Source: Candidatus Bathyarchaeia archaeon
GTDB lineage: Archaea > Thermoproteota > Bathyarchaeia > Bathyarchaeales > Bathycorpusculaceae
NCBI GenBank assembly: GCA_037481775.1
Contig: JBBFKZ010000004.1
Location: forward strand, 70,252-133,464
Direction: 5' to 3'
DNA: 63,213 bases
A program made the position numbers and the translations under genes. Under the pieces are notes generated by a model. The model worked only from the letters and a program-made list of their open reading frames with translations, was not told the DNA's origin and did no database searches. Of this stretch, positions 46,159 through 56,808 are shown piece by piece (the first letter of the stretch is position 1; each line of letters opens with the position of its first letter).

Positions 46159-47682
46159 ATGTTGGGCGGCTTGTTTGGAGTAGCTTCTAAAGACGAATGC
46201 GCAAAAGACCTGTTTTTTGGAACAGACTACAACACGCATCTCGGCACTGAAGTGGGTGGTTTAGCTTTACTCGATGGTGACATAACCATATATTCTCACG
46301 ACATCAGCAATAGTCAGTTTAAGTCGAAGTTCGGCAAGCACTATGGAAAATTGAAGGGCAAATTGGGCATAGGCGTTATCAGCGACACCAAAGAAGAGCA
46401 GCCCGTCAAATTTGAGACGAAAATCGGAAATTTCGCTCTTTGCACAATTGGTTTAATAAAGAACTCAAAAGAGCTTTACACGGAATTGGTCAACAAAGGC
46501 GTCACATTCAAAAAATCAAGACAGAAAGCTGGTGCCACCGTTTTTAACCAGACAGAGATTGTTGGCGAACTAATATGCCGAGGCGACAGCATAGCAGATG
46601 GTATAGCAAAAATGTACGAGAAAATTGAGGGGTCAATATCTCTGCTGTTGCTCTCGGAAAACGAACGCGCCATATACGCGGCTGGAGACACCTTTCCGTT
46701 AGTGGTAGGCTCAAAAGAGCAGGGCTGGGCAGTTGCGTCGGAGACTACAAGTTTTCCGAACTTGGGATACAAAGCCTTCAAGTTTCTTGACTACCGCGAA
46801 ATTGTCTCACTTAATGAAAACGGCTTAAAAACGCGAGTGCCTACTCATGGCAAAAAGAGATTCTGCCCATTTCTCCACGTGTACTCAGGCTTTCCCGCTT
46901 CGGATTTTTACAGCATAAACTCCGAAATCGTCAGAGAACGATGTGGCGGGTTCTTAGCCGAAAACGATAACGTAAAAGCCGACCTCGTGCTGGGCATCGC
47001 AGACTCCGGGCTTCCGCACTCGGTTGGTTACGTCAAAAGAAAAATCGAGATAGCCAAAGAAAAAATCCAAGAATACCTTTCAGAATTTAACCACGGCAAA
47101 ATCACCTCAAAAGAACTTGAAAAAAGAATAAACGCCGTTCTGGAGTTAGTTGCGCCCCTTAGACGACCGCTGATCAAATACACGCCTGGATGGGGAAGAA
47201 GTTACATTCCACCAGTGCAGCGTAAGCGTGAGCTCATCGCAAAATACAAGCAAGTGCCCAACCCACAGATGATAAAGGGCAAAAGCATAATTTTAGTAGA
47301 CGACTCAATACGGCGGGGAACGCAGCTGCAGAATCTGCTGCGGGACAAAATTTTGCCCTTCCAGCCAAAAGAGATCCATGGAAGAATAGCATCTCCACCG
47401 CAGCTTCACCCGTGCATCTTTGACTTGTCAACTAAGAATAGCGATTTAGCTACGCATAAAAGTTTCAATACTAGCCAGCGAGAAAGCGATCTTGCACAGT
47501 GTATTGATCCAACAACCGAGAAGTACAAGAATATGGTGGAGGAAATAAGAAAACGCATTGGATTTTCAACACTGCGTTTTCTCACTTTAGAAGAGATGAT
47601 CCGAGCAGTAATTGAAGCGCCAAACAATCAGAATTTGAGAAGAGAAGATTTGTGCACCTACTGCTGGACAGGACGCTGTTGA
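46159..47682 (+). CDS. purF: Amidophosphoribosyltransferase-like protein lacking the N-terminal Cys
   Basis: VASET, PRPP motif VDDSIRRGTQ, Fe-S cysteines FCPF/HPC/LCTYC; N-terminus MLGGLFG. Confidence 0.85.
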   Translation: MLGGLFGVASKDECAKDLFFGTDYNTHLGTEVGGLALLDGDITIYSHDISNSQFKSKFGKHYGKLKGKLGIGVISDTKEEQPVKFETKIGNFALCTIGLIKNSKELYTELVNKGVTFKKSRQKAGATVFNQTEIVGELICRGDSIADGIAKMYEKIEGSISLLLLSENERAIYAAGDTFPLVVGSKEQGWAVASETTSFPNLGYKAFKFLDYREIVSLNENGLKTRVPTHGKKRFCPFLHVYSGFPASDFYSINSEIVRERCGGFLAENDNVKADLVLGIADSGLPHSVGYVKRKIEIAKEKIQEYLSEFNHGKITSKELEKRINAVLELVAPLRRPLIKYTPGWGRSYIPPVQRKRELIAKYKQVPNPQMIKGKSIILVDDSIRRGTQLQNLLRDKILPFQPKEIHGRIASPPQLHPCIFDLSTKNSDLATHKSFNTSQRESDLAQCIDPTTEKYKNMVEEIRKRIGFSTLRFLTLEEMIRAVIEAPNNQNLRREDLCTYCWTGRC

Positions 47683-47823
47683 TTATCACCTACACTAAGG
47701 TGAAATAGCCCGCGCAAATCATAGATCACTACCGCAAGCTTTGATGAGCAATGGGCAACCATGTGAAAACGTTATAGCTTGGAAAAACAATTAGCCGTTC
47801 TCGAAGATAAGGCGAGTTTACAC

Positions 47824-48486
47824 ATGTTGATTGCCGGCGTTGATGAAGCAGGCCGCGGCTGTGTCATCGGCCCCTTAGTTATCGCAGGGGTCCTAGTGAA
47901 GGAAGAAAAGATGCCGCTTCTAACCAGTTTAGGCGTAAAAGACTCAAAGCTTCTTTCTCCGAAAAAGCGCGAAGCGCTAGCTGCAGAAATCGACCGCATA
48001 GCAGAAAAATGCCTAACCATAAAATTGTCGCCTAGGGAAATCGACCGCGCCGTTGAATGCCAGAGAAAACTGCATAAGCTGAATAGGTTGGAAGCGCAAA
48101 CCATGGCACAGATACTAAATGCGCTAAAGCCAGACGTCGCCTACGTAGATGCCGCTGACGTAGTTGAAGAGCGATTTAAACAGCACATCCAGGAAGGTTT
48201 AATCGTTAAAGCTGAAGTCATTTCGAGACACAAAGCAGATAAGATTTATCCAGTCGTTTCCGCAGCGTCTATTATCGCTAAAGTTGAACGTGACAAAGAA
48301 GTTGCGGCGTTAAGAAGCATGTACGGTGACTTTGGTAGCGGATATCTGGCAGACAAAAAAACCATGGAGTTTCTGAGGCAATGGCTAAAGACACACGACG
48401 AATATGCGGACTGCGTTAGAAAATCTTGGAAACCCGCAAAACAAGCCAAAAACGAAAATGACTCCGCACAGCAGAAGCTCACTTAG
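47824..48486 (+). CDS. rnhB: Ribonuclease HII
   Basis: GVDEAGRG, DSKLL, VSAASIIAKVERD, GSGY. Confidence 0.96.
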   Translation: MLIAGVDEAGRGCVIGPLVIAGVLVKEEKMPLLTSLGVKDSKLLSPKKREALAAEIDRIAEKCLTIKLSPREIDRAVECQRKLHKLNRLEAQTMAQILNALKPDVAYVDAADVVEERFKQHIQEGLIVKAEVISRHKADKIYPVVSAASIIAKVERDKEVAALRSMYGDFGSGYLADKKTMEFLRQWLKTHDEYADCVRKSWKPAKQAKNENDSAQQKLT

Positions 48487-49472
48487 ACGCTGGCGATCAG
48501 ATCTTCAGGTGTGCGTATCTCGGCTAACTCGTCCATGCAAACGCAGAACACATCCTTGTCCGAGTATTTTCGTTTTTCGGTTATTAAAACTGGGTATGCA
48601 CAGACTACTTGGCATATACTTAGAAACTCGTCTATTCTATGGTCGATGTTTTCTTCGCCGTTAACCGCTACACTGCCAACTATCACATACTTCTCCCTTG
48701 GAACATTCATAATAAAATCAAAAGGTGCCTTTTCCACAGGAAAAATATCGCAGAAAGAAAATTTGCTGAAGATCTTTTGAAGCGCCACCTTACCAACGGC
48801 ATTAAATCTCGATTTTTGGGCGCGCCATCTTCGATGCTTCCTTGAATTTTCAAAAATGTTTATGGGTTTTGCCACAGGAACCCCCAGCGTTTTAGCCAGC
48901 TTATAAGCTGATGCCACCGAAGCTCGAGCCATGCCTTTTTCGTATCCATAAAGGGTTCTACGGGATACCCCTATCATCGCCGCAAGCTTACCAATAGATA
49001 AACCTAACTCCTTTCGTTTTTTCTCAACAAGTTTGCCATCAACTTCAACCGCATACCCGCCTGGTCCCGCATAGACCAAGGGATTCGCAGTCTGAAGAAC
49101 TATGTTCTTCAAGGTTTTTACGGTTATCACAAAAACCGAGTTCCGCGAGTACACCGTGTCATCTTCTAAGGGTTTACCATGCGCTTGCCGGCTAATTATC
49201 AATGAAGCAGCAGAAAGGCGATCAGCTATTACTTGAAGTTCCTGAGCGGCTTGGACGGAAAAGGCGTCAGCGTCAACGTTGATTTTTATTAGAAGAATTT
49301 TATCGTTTTTTCTTGCTGCAAAATTGAAGCAACTCGGGCGTGAACAGCATAATTGGGAAACCTGAAAGCCGGCTTCTTTCAGTTTTTCGCCGACATCGAC
49401 CGCATCGGCCATTTCCCGATGGTTCATTCTGCTGTCACGGCTAATATCAACTAAGGTGGAAAATATAAACAA
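48483..49472 (-). CDS. Archaeal Cro/C1-HTH transcriptional regulator (COG1395-like; start may be 49427)
   Basis: RKELGLSIGKLAAMIGVSRRTLYGYE, APFDF. Confidence 0.85.
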   Translation of the reverse strand: MFIFSTLVDISRDSRMNHREMADAVDVGEKLKEAGFQVSQLCCSRPSCFNFAARKNDKILLIKINVDADAFSVQAAQELQVIADRLSAASLIISRQAHGKPLEDDTVYSRNSVFVITVKTLKNIVLQTANPLVYAGPGGYAVEVDGKLVEKKRKELGLSIGKLAAMIGVSRRTLYGYEKGMARASVASAYKLAKTLGVPVAKPINIFENSRKHRRWRAQKSRFNAVGKVALQKIFSKFSFCDIFPVEKAPFDFIMNVPREKYVIVGSVAVNGEENIDHRIDEFLSICQVVCAYPVLITEKRKYSDKDVFCVCMDELAEIRTPEDLIASV

Positions 49473-49962
49473 TGCTCTGAATAGTCTACAGTGTTCTTTT
49501 GCAGATTTGTGTTAAGCAGAAAAAGAGATAAAATAGAAAACTGCCCTCTCTATGAAACTGCGTTGCTAGTTGCTGTGAGTGCTTGGAATAGCATACTTTC
49601 CTCGGAACAGCTTCATTCCGAGCAAATATTCTGCTTTCAAAGCATGTCTGCCTTAAAAGTAGAGAAAAACTGCAGACGTGCATTATGCCACTACAATCTT
49701 AGTCCTACAAAAAAGGGCATAGACCTTAGGAAAACAGTACAAAATGAAAAAACAGTTCTAAGGAGAAGAAACGTAAAAGCGGAAATTAATGGATAAACGC
49801 ACTGCGCCGCCGTCATATTTGGCGCATATTAGCGATTCATTGCAGAAACCTATAGAGGGGGTATCGGCGGGCAGCATCTGCTGAAATTTGGCTTAAGCGA
49901 AAAAATTTGGTTTTGCAAAGGCTTTTTAGAAAGTTCAATTTCTATTTTTCTAGTGGTTGTAG

Positions 49963-50592
49963 TTGGCAACGCAAACGCAAAAGCAAAAGGCGGACTATAG
50001 CCTATCGGATTTGCTTAAGGCTTCGTGGATGCGCTCCTCGATAAAGCTTGCTGTCATCGTAACAGTTGCGGCGGCAATTATAATATGGCTTTTTAAAATC
50101 TTCAACATCGCAGCAACACCCCTCTTTGCAGATTTAAGCGCTTTCCTCGCAAACTACGGGCTTGCCGGCGTTTTCCTTGTAACCATAGTTGCCGGAACAA
50201 TCGTGCCGCTAGGAAGTCCTGCGCTTGTTGTCGCCGCATCCCCCTTTACAGATCCGATTTTGCTTATGATTGTTGCTGCCACAGGCTTCACAATTGGCAT
50301 GACAATCAACTATGGCTTAGCATACCGCTTTGGAAGACCCTATATTGAAAAAAGAATCTCCGCTGAGCACTTCGAAGAATTAAAGCGCATATGGACCAAG
50401 TGGGGTTGGATAATCTATGTTATATTCGGATTAATTCCAGTGCTACCTGTGGAGCTGCTTGCATTCCTCTGCGGATTTCTCAAAACGCATTTAACCACAT
50501 TCTTACTGCTAAGCTTCGTGCCTAGGCTCATAACCTTTGCTATCCTTGCTTACTTTGGGCAGCACTTAGGCATTTGGCTCGGCGTAACTTGA
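49963..50592 (+). CDS. DedA/VTT family membrane protein
   Basis: GMTINYGLAYRFG, IPVLPVELLAFLCG..PR. Confidence 0.85.
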   Translation: MATQTQKQKADYSLSDLLKASWMRSSIKLAVIVTVAAAIIIWLFKIFNIAATPLFADLSAFLANYGLAGVFLVTIVAGTIVPLGSPALVVAASPFTDPILLMIVAATGFTIGMTINYGLAYRFGRPYIEKRISAEHFEELKRIWTKWGWIIYVIFGLIPVLPVELLAFLCGFLKTHLTTFLLLSFVPRLITFAILAYFGQHLGIWLGVT

Positions 50593-50669
50593 ACTAACTA
50601 GAAAATGCACATATTTTAATTATCAGATATTCCCATATATACGCAGTCACTGCATGGAGAACCAACAGA

Positions 50670-51656
50670 ATGGTCACGCTCAGAGCTTTAGCCCCCTCAT
50701 TAACGCGCATTACAGTTGCTGCAGCCGTAGGCGCCGCACTGCACGTAGGCCAAGGAAACTGTGACCTAATAGACGCAAAAGCCATAGAATTTTCAAGAGC
50801 AGTCTTGGCGCAGACGGACATAGACGGAGAAGTCATCAACTGCGAAGGACCAAAAGATCACGCGCCAGCGTTCATCCAAAGAGAAAAAGTGGGCACAGGC
50901 CGCGGACCTAAAGTAGAGTTCGTTGTGGACCCCGTTGACGGCACTACTGCCGCATCCAAAGGCAGAAAAGATGCCATATCCGCTTTATCCTGTGCTCCTG
51001 CCGGGTGCTTACAAGTGCTTCCAGACGACGGCTATTACTTCAAAGTCGCCACCGACTACCACTCAATCGGCAAAATTTCCCTAGATATGCCAATCGAAAC
51101 AATCGTCCGCACCGTAGCGCGAGAAAAAGAAGTGCCTCTTTCAAATTTAACCGTGATAATGCTGGAACGCGAAAGACACATGGAAATGCTGAAAATCCTC
51201 AGAAACCTTGGCGTACGCATTATACTAATTCCAGACGGCGACATAGCCGCCGCTGTAGTCTCATGTATGCCTGAGTCAGGTGTTGATTTACTTTTAGGCG
51301 CCGGTGCAGGTCCAGAAGCAACCATCGCAGCTACAGCGGTAAAATGTCTAGGCGGAACCATGCTTGTGAGAGTATGGCAAGACAAAAACGACGACCCGCA
51401 ACGGCTTGAAAGGCTAAAGCGAGCAGGAGTCGACGTGGATAAAACCTACACGGAAGATGAACTCGCAAGAGGTAAAGAACTCGTGTTTGCGGCTTCAGGC
51501 ATCACAAAAGGAGAACTCTTAGATGGCGTACGCTTAACACCATACGGAGCAGTTGTCCACTCCATATGTATGCGTTTACCAAGCGGAACAATAGAGAGGT
51601 CTGAAACAATCCTGCGCTTCAAAGGACACCCAGTTTACAAACAGTTTGTACCCTAA
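50670..51656 (+). CDS. glpX: Fructose-1,6-bisphosphatase class II
   Basis: VDPVDGT, LERERH, IPDGDIA, GAGPE, ASGITKGELLDGV. Confidence 0.88.
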   Translation: MVTLRALAPSLTRITVAAAVGAALHVGQGNCDLIDAKAIEFSRAVLAQTDIDGEVINCEGPKDHAPAFIQREKVGTGRGPKVEFVVDPVDGTTAASKGRKDAISALSCAPAGCLQVLPDDGYYFKVATDYHSIGKISLDMPIETIVRTVAREKEVPLSNLTVIMLERERHMEMLKILRNLGVRIILIPDGDIAAAVVSCMPESGVDLLLGAGAGPEATIAATAVKCLGGTMLVRVWQDKNDDPQRLERLKRAGVDVDKTYTEDELARGKELVFAASGITKGELLDGVRLTPYGAVVHSICMRLPSGTIERSETILRFKGHPVYKQFVP

Positions 51657-51800
51657 GACAGTAGGCATTTCTTTCAGGCGTCACCACATATTTCATTTAA
51701 CTTCCATTTTTTTCCTAAACATTTGTGGTAGAAATAGCGTATGGCAGAGCAATGCTTTAATGCCAAGTTGATGCTTACCCTAAAAAGGGTTTGACGAAAA

Positions 51801-53561
51801 ATGAATGAAACAAGAATTGACAAGTTCACCGCAATCAACGAACTAGTCCGCCGTAGAGGCTTTTTCTGGCAAGCTTACGAAATTTACGGCGGCGCAGGCG
51901 GCTTCGTAACCTACGGTCCACTAGGTGCGAAGCTGAAACAGAACATTGAGCGGAAACTCCGAGAACTCTTCGTCAACAAACTTGGAATTCTCGAAATAGA
52001 GTCATCTATAATCACGCCGGGCAAAGTGTTTGAGGCATCAGGGCATGTTGGCCACTTCAAGGAGCCCATGGTTGAATGCTCCAAATGCAACAAACGCTTC
52101 CGTGCAGATCACCTACTAGAGGAATACGCGAAAATAAGTGCTGCTGAAGCTGAAAAAATGAGTCTATGCGAAATAAAAGAGGCAATCGAGAAAAATGCTA
52201 TCAAATGCCCAGATTGCGGCGGCGCTTTTAATGAACCACAGCAATTCCTGACAATGTTTGAAACTACAATAGGTCCATATTCCAGCGCAACAGGGTATGG
52301 CAGACCCGAAGCAGCGCAGGGTATATTCGTGGAATTCAACCGGCTCTACACTATTGCTCGGGAGAAACTGCCCTTTGGCGTTTTGCAGATAGGTCATGCC
52401 TTGCGAAACGAAATTTCTCCAAGACAGGGGCTCATTCGCCTTCGGGAGTTCACCATTGCAGATTTAGAGTTCTTTTTTGATCCTGAAGAGCCCAGCTGTC
52501 ACTTGTTAAAGGATGTGGAAAACGAGACATTGCCCATTCTTACAGCAGAAAAGCGGTTGAAGAACTCGGAGGAGATTCTCAACATAACGGTTAAAGAAGC
52601 ACTAAAGCAGAAACTGATTAGCTCTGAATGGCAAGCATTCTTTATGGCAATGGCAAAAAAGCTTTTAATAGAAATAGGCGTGCCTGAGGGAAAACAGCGC
52701 TTTATAGAAAAGCTTCCATGGGAAAAAGCACATTACTCAACACAAAGTTTCGATCAAGAAGTGCTAGTTGATCGCTGGGGCTGGATAGAAGTCTCGGGAC
52801 ACGCGTACCGCACCGACTACGACTTGAAAAGTCACATGGAGGCCAGCGGTGTCGATCTCCGAGTTTACAAGGAGTATGACACGCCAATAGAAGAAGAACA
52901 GCTTGTTGTGCAGCCCATAATGGCTAAACTCGGACCCGCCTTCAAGTCGGAAGCCGCAAAAGTTGCAGAGCTACTTGCAAATGCTCCTGCCGAGGATGTT
53001 GCTACTGCTCTGGAAAAGAATAGCTATTACAAGATTCAGAACTATAAAGTCTTGCCAGAGCATGTGAATGTGTGCCGTCGAAAAACTGTTGTGAGAGGAA
53101 AACGCTTCATCCCGCATGTTGTGGAACCAAGCTTCGGCTGCGATCGACTTTTCTATGTAGCGCTAGAATATGCTTATAACATAAGAGACGACCGAGTAAT
53201 CTTGAGTTTTCCAAGAGGCATCGCGCCAATACAAGTTGGCGTGTACCCATTAGTAAGCAAGGACGGACTGACGGAAAAAGCGCAGGAAGTGCACAAATTA
53301 CTGGTAAATGAAGGCCTTACGGCAGAATTCGACGAAACGGGTTCCATAGGAAGAAGATACGCCCGCGCCGACGAAGCAGGCATTCCGTTAGGAGTAACCA
53401 TAGACTACGATACACTAAGCGATGGGACCGTTACAATTCGCGATCGCGACTCTTGGCAGCAAGTCAGAACACCAATTAAAGATTTACCTGAACTTTTACA
53501 CAAGTATTTCCGAGGAAAAGCAAACTTTGAAGATTTGGGCACTTTGATTAAAATCAAGTAG
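51801..53561 (+). CDS. glyS: Glycyl-tRNA synthetase (homodimeric type)
   Basis: RRGFF, RPEAAQG, RNEISPRQGLIRLREF, EPSFG, SIGRRYARADE. Confidence 0.97.
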   Translation: MNETRIDKFTAINELVRRRGFFWQAYEIYGGAGGFVTYGPLGAKLKQNIERKLRELFVNKLGILEIESSIITPGKVFEASGHVGHFKEPMVECSKCNKRFRADHLLEEYAKISAAEAEKMSLCEIKEAIEKNAIKCPDCGGAFNEPQQFLTMFETTIGPYSSATGYGRPEAAQGIFVEFNRLYTIAREKLPFGVLQIGHALRNEISPRQGLIRLREFTIADLEFFFDPEEPSCHLLKDVENETLPILTAEKRLKNSEEILNITVKEALKQKLISSEWQAFFMAMAKKLLIEIGVPEGKQRFIEKLPWEKAHYSTQSFDQEVLVDRWGWIEVSGHAYRTDYDLKSHMEASGVDLRVYKEYDTPIEEEQLVVQPIMAKLGPAFKSEAAKVAELLANAPAEDVATALEKNSYYKIQNYKVLPEHVNVCRRKTVVRGKRFIPHVVEPSFGCDRLFYVALEYAYNIRDDRVILSFPRGIAPIQVGVYPLVSKDGLTEKAQEVHKLLVNEGLTAEFDETGSIGRRYARADEAGIPLGVTIDYDTLSDGTVTIRDRDSWQQVRTPIKDLPELLHKYFRGKANFEDLGTLIKIK

Positions 53562-53635
53562 TTACCTTTTTTAATACACTTGCACTACTACATGTTAAGA
53601 ACACAGAGGGTTATGTAAGGAGGCGGGAGATAACT

Positions 53636-54295
53636 TTGGTGCTTCCGGCGGAAACAGAGCAGCGCGTAAAACGCAGAGCTTTAACCGCTTGCCAAGATAA
53701 CTTACGTAAAGTTGTAGATGCCACTCGAAAAATTCCTCAAATGTTTGAATACTTCATGAAAAATAATAAAGATGCCGCAAAGCAGCTTTTCAATGAAATC
53801 AAAAAAGGAGAAGAAGAAGTTATTACGGCACGCCGCATGGTTTCTCAAGAGCTCGCTGAAATAGGCGCCATTCTAATAAACAGAGAAGATTATCTAAGAT
53901 TTACAAACCTGTCAAGCGAAATCGCAGACTTTTCCGAAGGAATCGCCTATTACCTCATCGAAATAATGGAGCACAACTGGAAAGTGCCGGATGACATAAA
54001 AACTGATTTGCTCAAACTCTCCGAAGCTGTTCTTGACACGGTGCTTAGACTAAGGGAAACAATGATGGTGCTCAGCTACGGCTCAGCAAAAACGCTGGAA
54101 AAAACCAAAGATGTTGAAGTCGCCGAAAGAGTCGTGGATGATATCTACAGATCACTTTCGATAAAGGTTCTCAGCAGCAAACTGGATCTGCCGGTGCTAC
54201 TGCTTTTGAAGGATATTCTTCAACTGCTGGAGAACACTGCTGATAAGGCTGAAGACGCCGCTGACGCCGCACGCATGCTGTCGTTTATAATGTAA
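53636..54295 (+). CDS. DUF47/PhoU-like helical protein
   Basis: Two helical repeats; ERVVDDIYR and LENTADKAEDAAD. Confidence 0.8.
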   Translation: MVLPAETEQRVKRRALTACQDNLRKVVDATRKIPQMFEYFMKNNKDAAKQLFNEIKKGEEEVITARRMVSQELAEIGAILINREDYLRFTNLSSEIADFSEGIAYYLIEIMEHNWKVPDDIKTDLLKLSEAVLDTVLRLRETMMVLSYGSAKTLEKTKDVEVAERVVDDIYRSLSIKVLSSKLDLPVLLLLKDILQLLENTADKAEDAADAARMLSFIM

Positions 54296-54297
54296 TA

Positions 54298-54870
54298 ATG
54301 AGCGCGAAAACTGTCATGGCTAAAATCAAAGTCGAGCTAATCGAAAACTTCTTAGTAGTATGGAACCCTGCTGAAGGCACACAACTATACAAAACAGACT
54401 TTTACGGGAAACCGCTTGGAATATCCAAGCCAAAAATTCCCGAGTTCAACGTTCCATTACTTTTAGATTTGATGGAAGGCGTGTACCTCGCCGAAAAGGA
54501 CGCAATAACCGTTTACGAAGGCTCAGCAAAGCGCAAGGTTGGACTTAAAGAGCTTAGACAAAGAGCTCGGCAACTTTACGAGGAGTTTGATGAGAAATAC
54601 GCCGTTTACAGTGATTTAAGGAACAGCGGGTTAATTGTAACGCCCGGCATCAAATTTGGCTGCGATTTCGCCGTTTACAAGTACGGCCCAGGCATTGAGC
54701 ACGCGCCTTACATGGTTTCCGTTAAGACAGGAAACTCGGCTATCTCAGCAACGGAAATCGTGAAAGCAGGGCGGCTGGCAACCACGGTGCGAAAGCGTTT
54801 CATAATTGCCGTGCCCGATCTAGAAGCGGAAAAAACGAGTTATTTGATCTTCAAATGGTTTAAGGCTTAA
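54298..54870 (+). CDS. endA: tRNA splicing endonuclease
   Basis: VYSDLR..GIKFGCDFAVY..EHAPY..RLATTVRK (Y/H/K triad). Confidence 0.95.
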   Translation: MSAKTVMAKIKVELIENFLVVWNPAEGTQLYKTDFYGKPLGISKPKIPEFNVPLLLDLMEGVYLAEKDAITVYEGSAKRKVGLKELRQRARQLYEEFDEKYAVYSDLRNSGLIVTPGIKFGCDFAVYKYGPGIEHAPYMVSVKTGNSAISATEIVKAGRLATTVRKRFIIAVPDLEAEKTSYLIFKWFKA

Positions 54871-56162
54871 GTTGTCATTAAAATCTGATTTTCGAACTCG
54901 CCTCTTATTCTTTGATGGGGATAAATTTTTGTCGCCGTTAAGCTGCAGCCTTCCTCTATCACCACATCATCAGCAATAACGGAAACAGCAGTTATTCTCG
55001 TTGGCTTTCGACTACTAGAATTTACAGTTGCGTGTCTTCCAATTATGCTGTCTCGAATCTCAGCTTTCTCGCCGATTATAACTCGATCTAGAACTGCCGA
55101 GTTTTCTATCACGGCGCCTTTACCAATTTTCGTATAATTATCAATGCAGGAATTCGCTATTTTCACACCGTCATCTATTTGACAGTGTCTCCCAATAAGC
55201 ACGGCACCTTCGATTTCTATCAGCCCCTTTCTGATTTTTTGAATAATTTCCTTCCGTTTTTGCTCTGCGTCACTACTTTCCCCTTGAATCCATATCTTCT
55301 GCTTTTCGCTTATTCTTCCGCCAAAATCTGTCAGCATGCTGAAACCGCCGTGAAGTAGCTTCTTCATGGCTTCAAGATAGTTTTGCGGCGTGCCTACATC
55401 AAACCAGTTTCCTTTTAAAGTATAACCATACACTGAGCGGCCTGTCTGCGTCAAATAAGGAATAAAGTCGTAACCAAAATCCAAGCGGTGCTTCTCCTCG
55501 ATTATTTGTTTAACACCTTTTTCCTTGAAGATCTTCTTCACCTCCGGTGAAAGCACGTATAAGCCCGTATTAGCAAGGTTGCTGGGCGCATCTTTCGGCA
55601 AGGGCTTCTCTACAAAACGGCGAATGCGATTATCCTTGTCGATGTCAGCGATTCCTAAACCTTCAACGTTCTGCACTTCCCTGAGCACTATAGTCATCAA
55701 TGCGCCTTTTTCCCGGTGGAACTGCATGAGATCTTTTATGTTGATTTCAAAAATGTTGTCGCCTTGTACCGCAAAGACGAGATTGTTAATCTCGTAATAT
55801 TCCATGTTTATTCTCGCTGAGTCAGCGCTTCCAAGATCTTCCACGTTAGGTTGATATTTTATGTGAATTCGAGGCTTGATGTCATATCGCACAGAGAAGC
55901 CATATCCCGACTCAAAGTAATCATAGAGGTCTCGGTAGTTCGTGTAGCCTTTTACTCCAAAAATGAAGTGGCGAATGCCCTGACGGGCAAGCGTCAAAAG
56001 CGAGAACTCCACAAGAGGCCTGTTCAATAGGCGGAGGCATGCCTTGCTTGTTTCGGCGGTAAGCGGCAGAAGACGTGTGGCTTTTCCACCCACAGGGATT
56101 ATAACGCGCAGTCTTTCTGGAGAGTAGCTGTCACCAACTAGGGGAGCATAATTGTTGCCCAA
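54867..56162 (-). CDS. NDP-sugar synthase (mannose/glucose-1-phosphate nucleotidyltransferase-like)
   Basis: GGKATRLLPLT, FVEKP, WFDVG, C-terminal left-handed beta-helix. Confidence 0.9.
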   Translation of the reverse strand: MGNNYAPLVGDSYSPERLRVIIPVGGKATRLLPLTAETSKACLRLLNRPLVEFSLLTLARQGIRHFIFGVKGYTNYRDLYDYFESGYGFSVRYDIKPRIHIKYQPNVEDLGSADSARINMEYYEINNLVFAVQGDNIFEINIKDLMQFHREKGALMTIVLREVQNVEGLGIADIDKDNRIRRFVEKPLPKDAPSNLANTGLYVLSPEVKKIFKEKGVKQIIEEKHRLDFGYDFIPYLTQTGRSVYGYTLKGNWFDVGTPQNYLEAMKKLLHGGFSMLTDFGGRISEKQKIWIQGESSDAEQKRKEIIQKIRKGLIEIEGAVLIGRHCQIDDGVKIANSCIDNYTKIGKGAVIENSAVLDRVIIGEKAEIRDSIIGRHATVNSSSRKPTRITAVSVIADDVVIEEGCSLTATKIYPHQRIRGEFENQILMTT

Positions 56163-56257
56163 AAGCTTCCGTCCATAAACATTTTTATTACTTATCTGTT
56201 TTGAAACGTATTAACCTTTTTCATTGATGATTCCGCCTTACATAGATAAAAATGGAA

Positions 56258-56716
56258 TTATGCTCTTCTAAAAGTTGGAAGTTTTAGAATGTGCACACTG
56301 ACTGCAACTGCGACTACTATCATCGCTAATTGCATGGGTAAAATTAGCATTTCAGGTAGAAGGCGAGGCAACGCGAAAACTGTTGAAAAACCGATTGTCG
56401 CCCATAGCAAGCTTAACGTGGCAATCTTGGTTCTTTTTGGTATACCCCTGCCTTCCTTATAGTTTCTTATGTACTCCCCGAACCATTTATTGTTCAGTAA
56501 CCACTTGTATGCGCGCTCTGAGCTTTTGCAATAGCATGCAGCAGCGGCTAAAAGAAACGGTGTCGTCGGCAAAATTGGCAGCATCGTGCCAACGGCGCCC
56601 AGCAGCACACAAATTGTGCCTATGAGGAACCATATTGTTCTTTTGAGTTTATTCCTTTGCTGCTTACACTTCGCGGTGGCTTCGTTTTTACTCATAATGG
56701 CTCTTCCGCTAAACAT
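56258..56716 (-). CDS. YbaN/DUF454 membrane protein
   Basis: LPILPTTPFLLAAAACY. Confidence 0.9.
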   Translation of the reverse strand: MFSGRAIMSKNEATAKCKQQRNKLKRTIWFLIGTICVLLGAVGTMLPILPTTPFLLAAAACYCKSSERAYKWLLNNKWFGEYIRNYKEGRGIPKRTKIATLSLLWATIGFSTVFALPRLLPEMLILPMQLAMIVVAVAVSVHILKLPTFRRA

Positions 56717-56808
56717 TTCAGGTGCTATCTTAAAAATTATACTTTGAAATCAGCATGAAGGCAGTTCGCCAGTCTTAAAGGAGAATTTTATAACTTGGAC
56801 AAAACTAA

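Noticed and set aside
47741-47800. C/D box sRNA (TGATGA box C)
   Set aside because: No CTGA box D at a suitable distance.
49491-49796. 101-aa ORF in a long intergenic region
   Set aside because: No RBS or recognisable motif; likely spurious.
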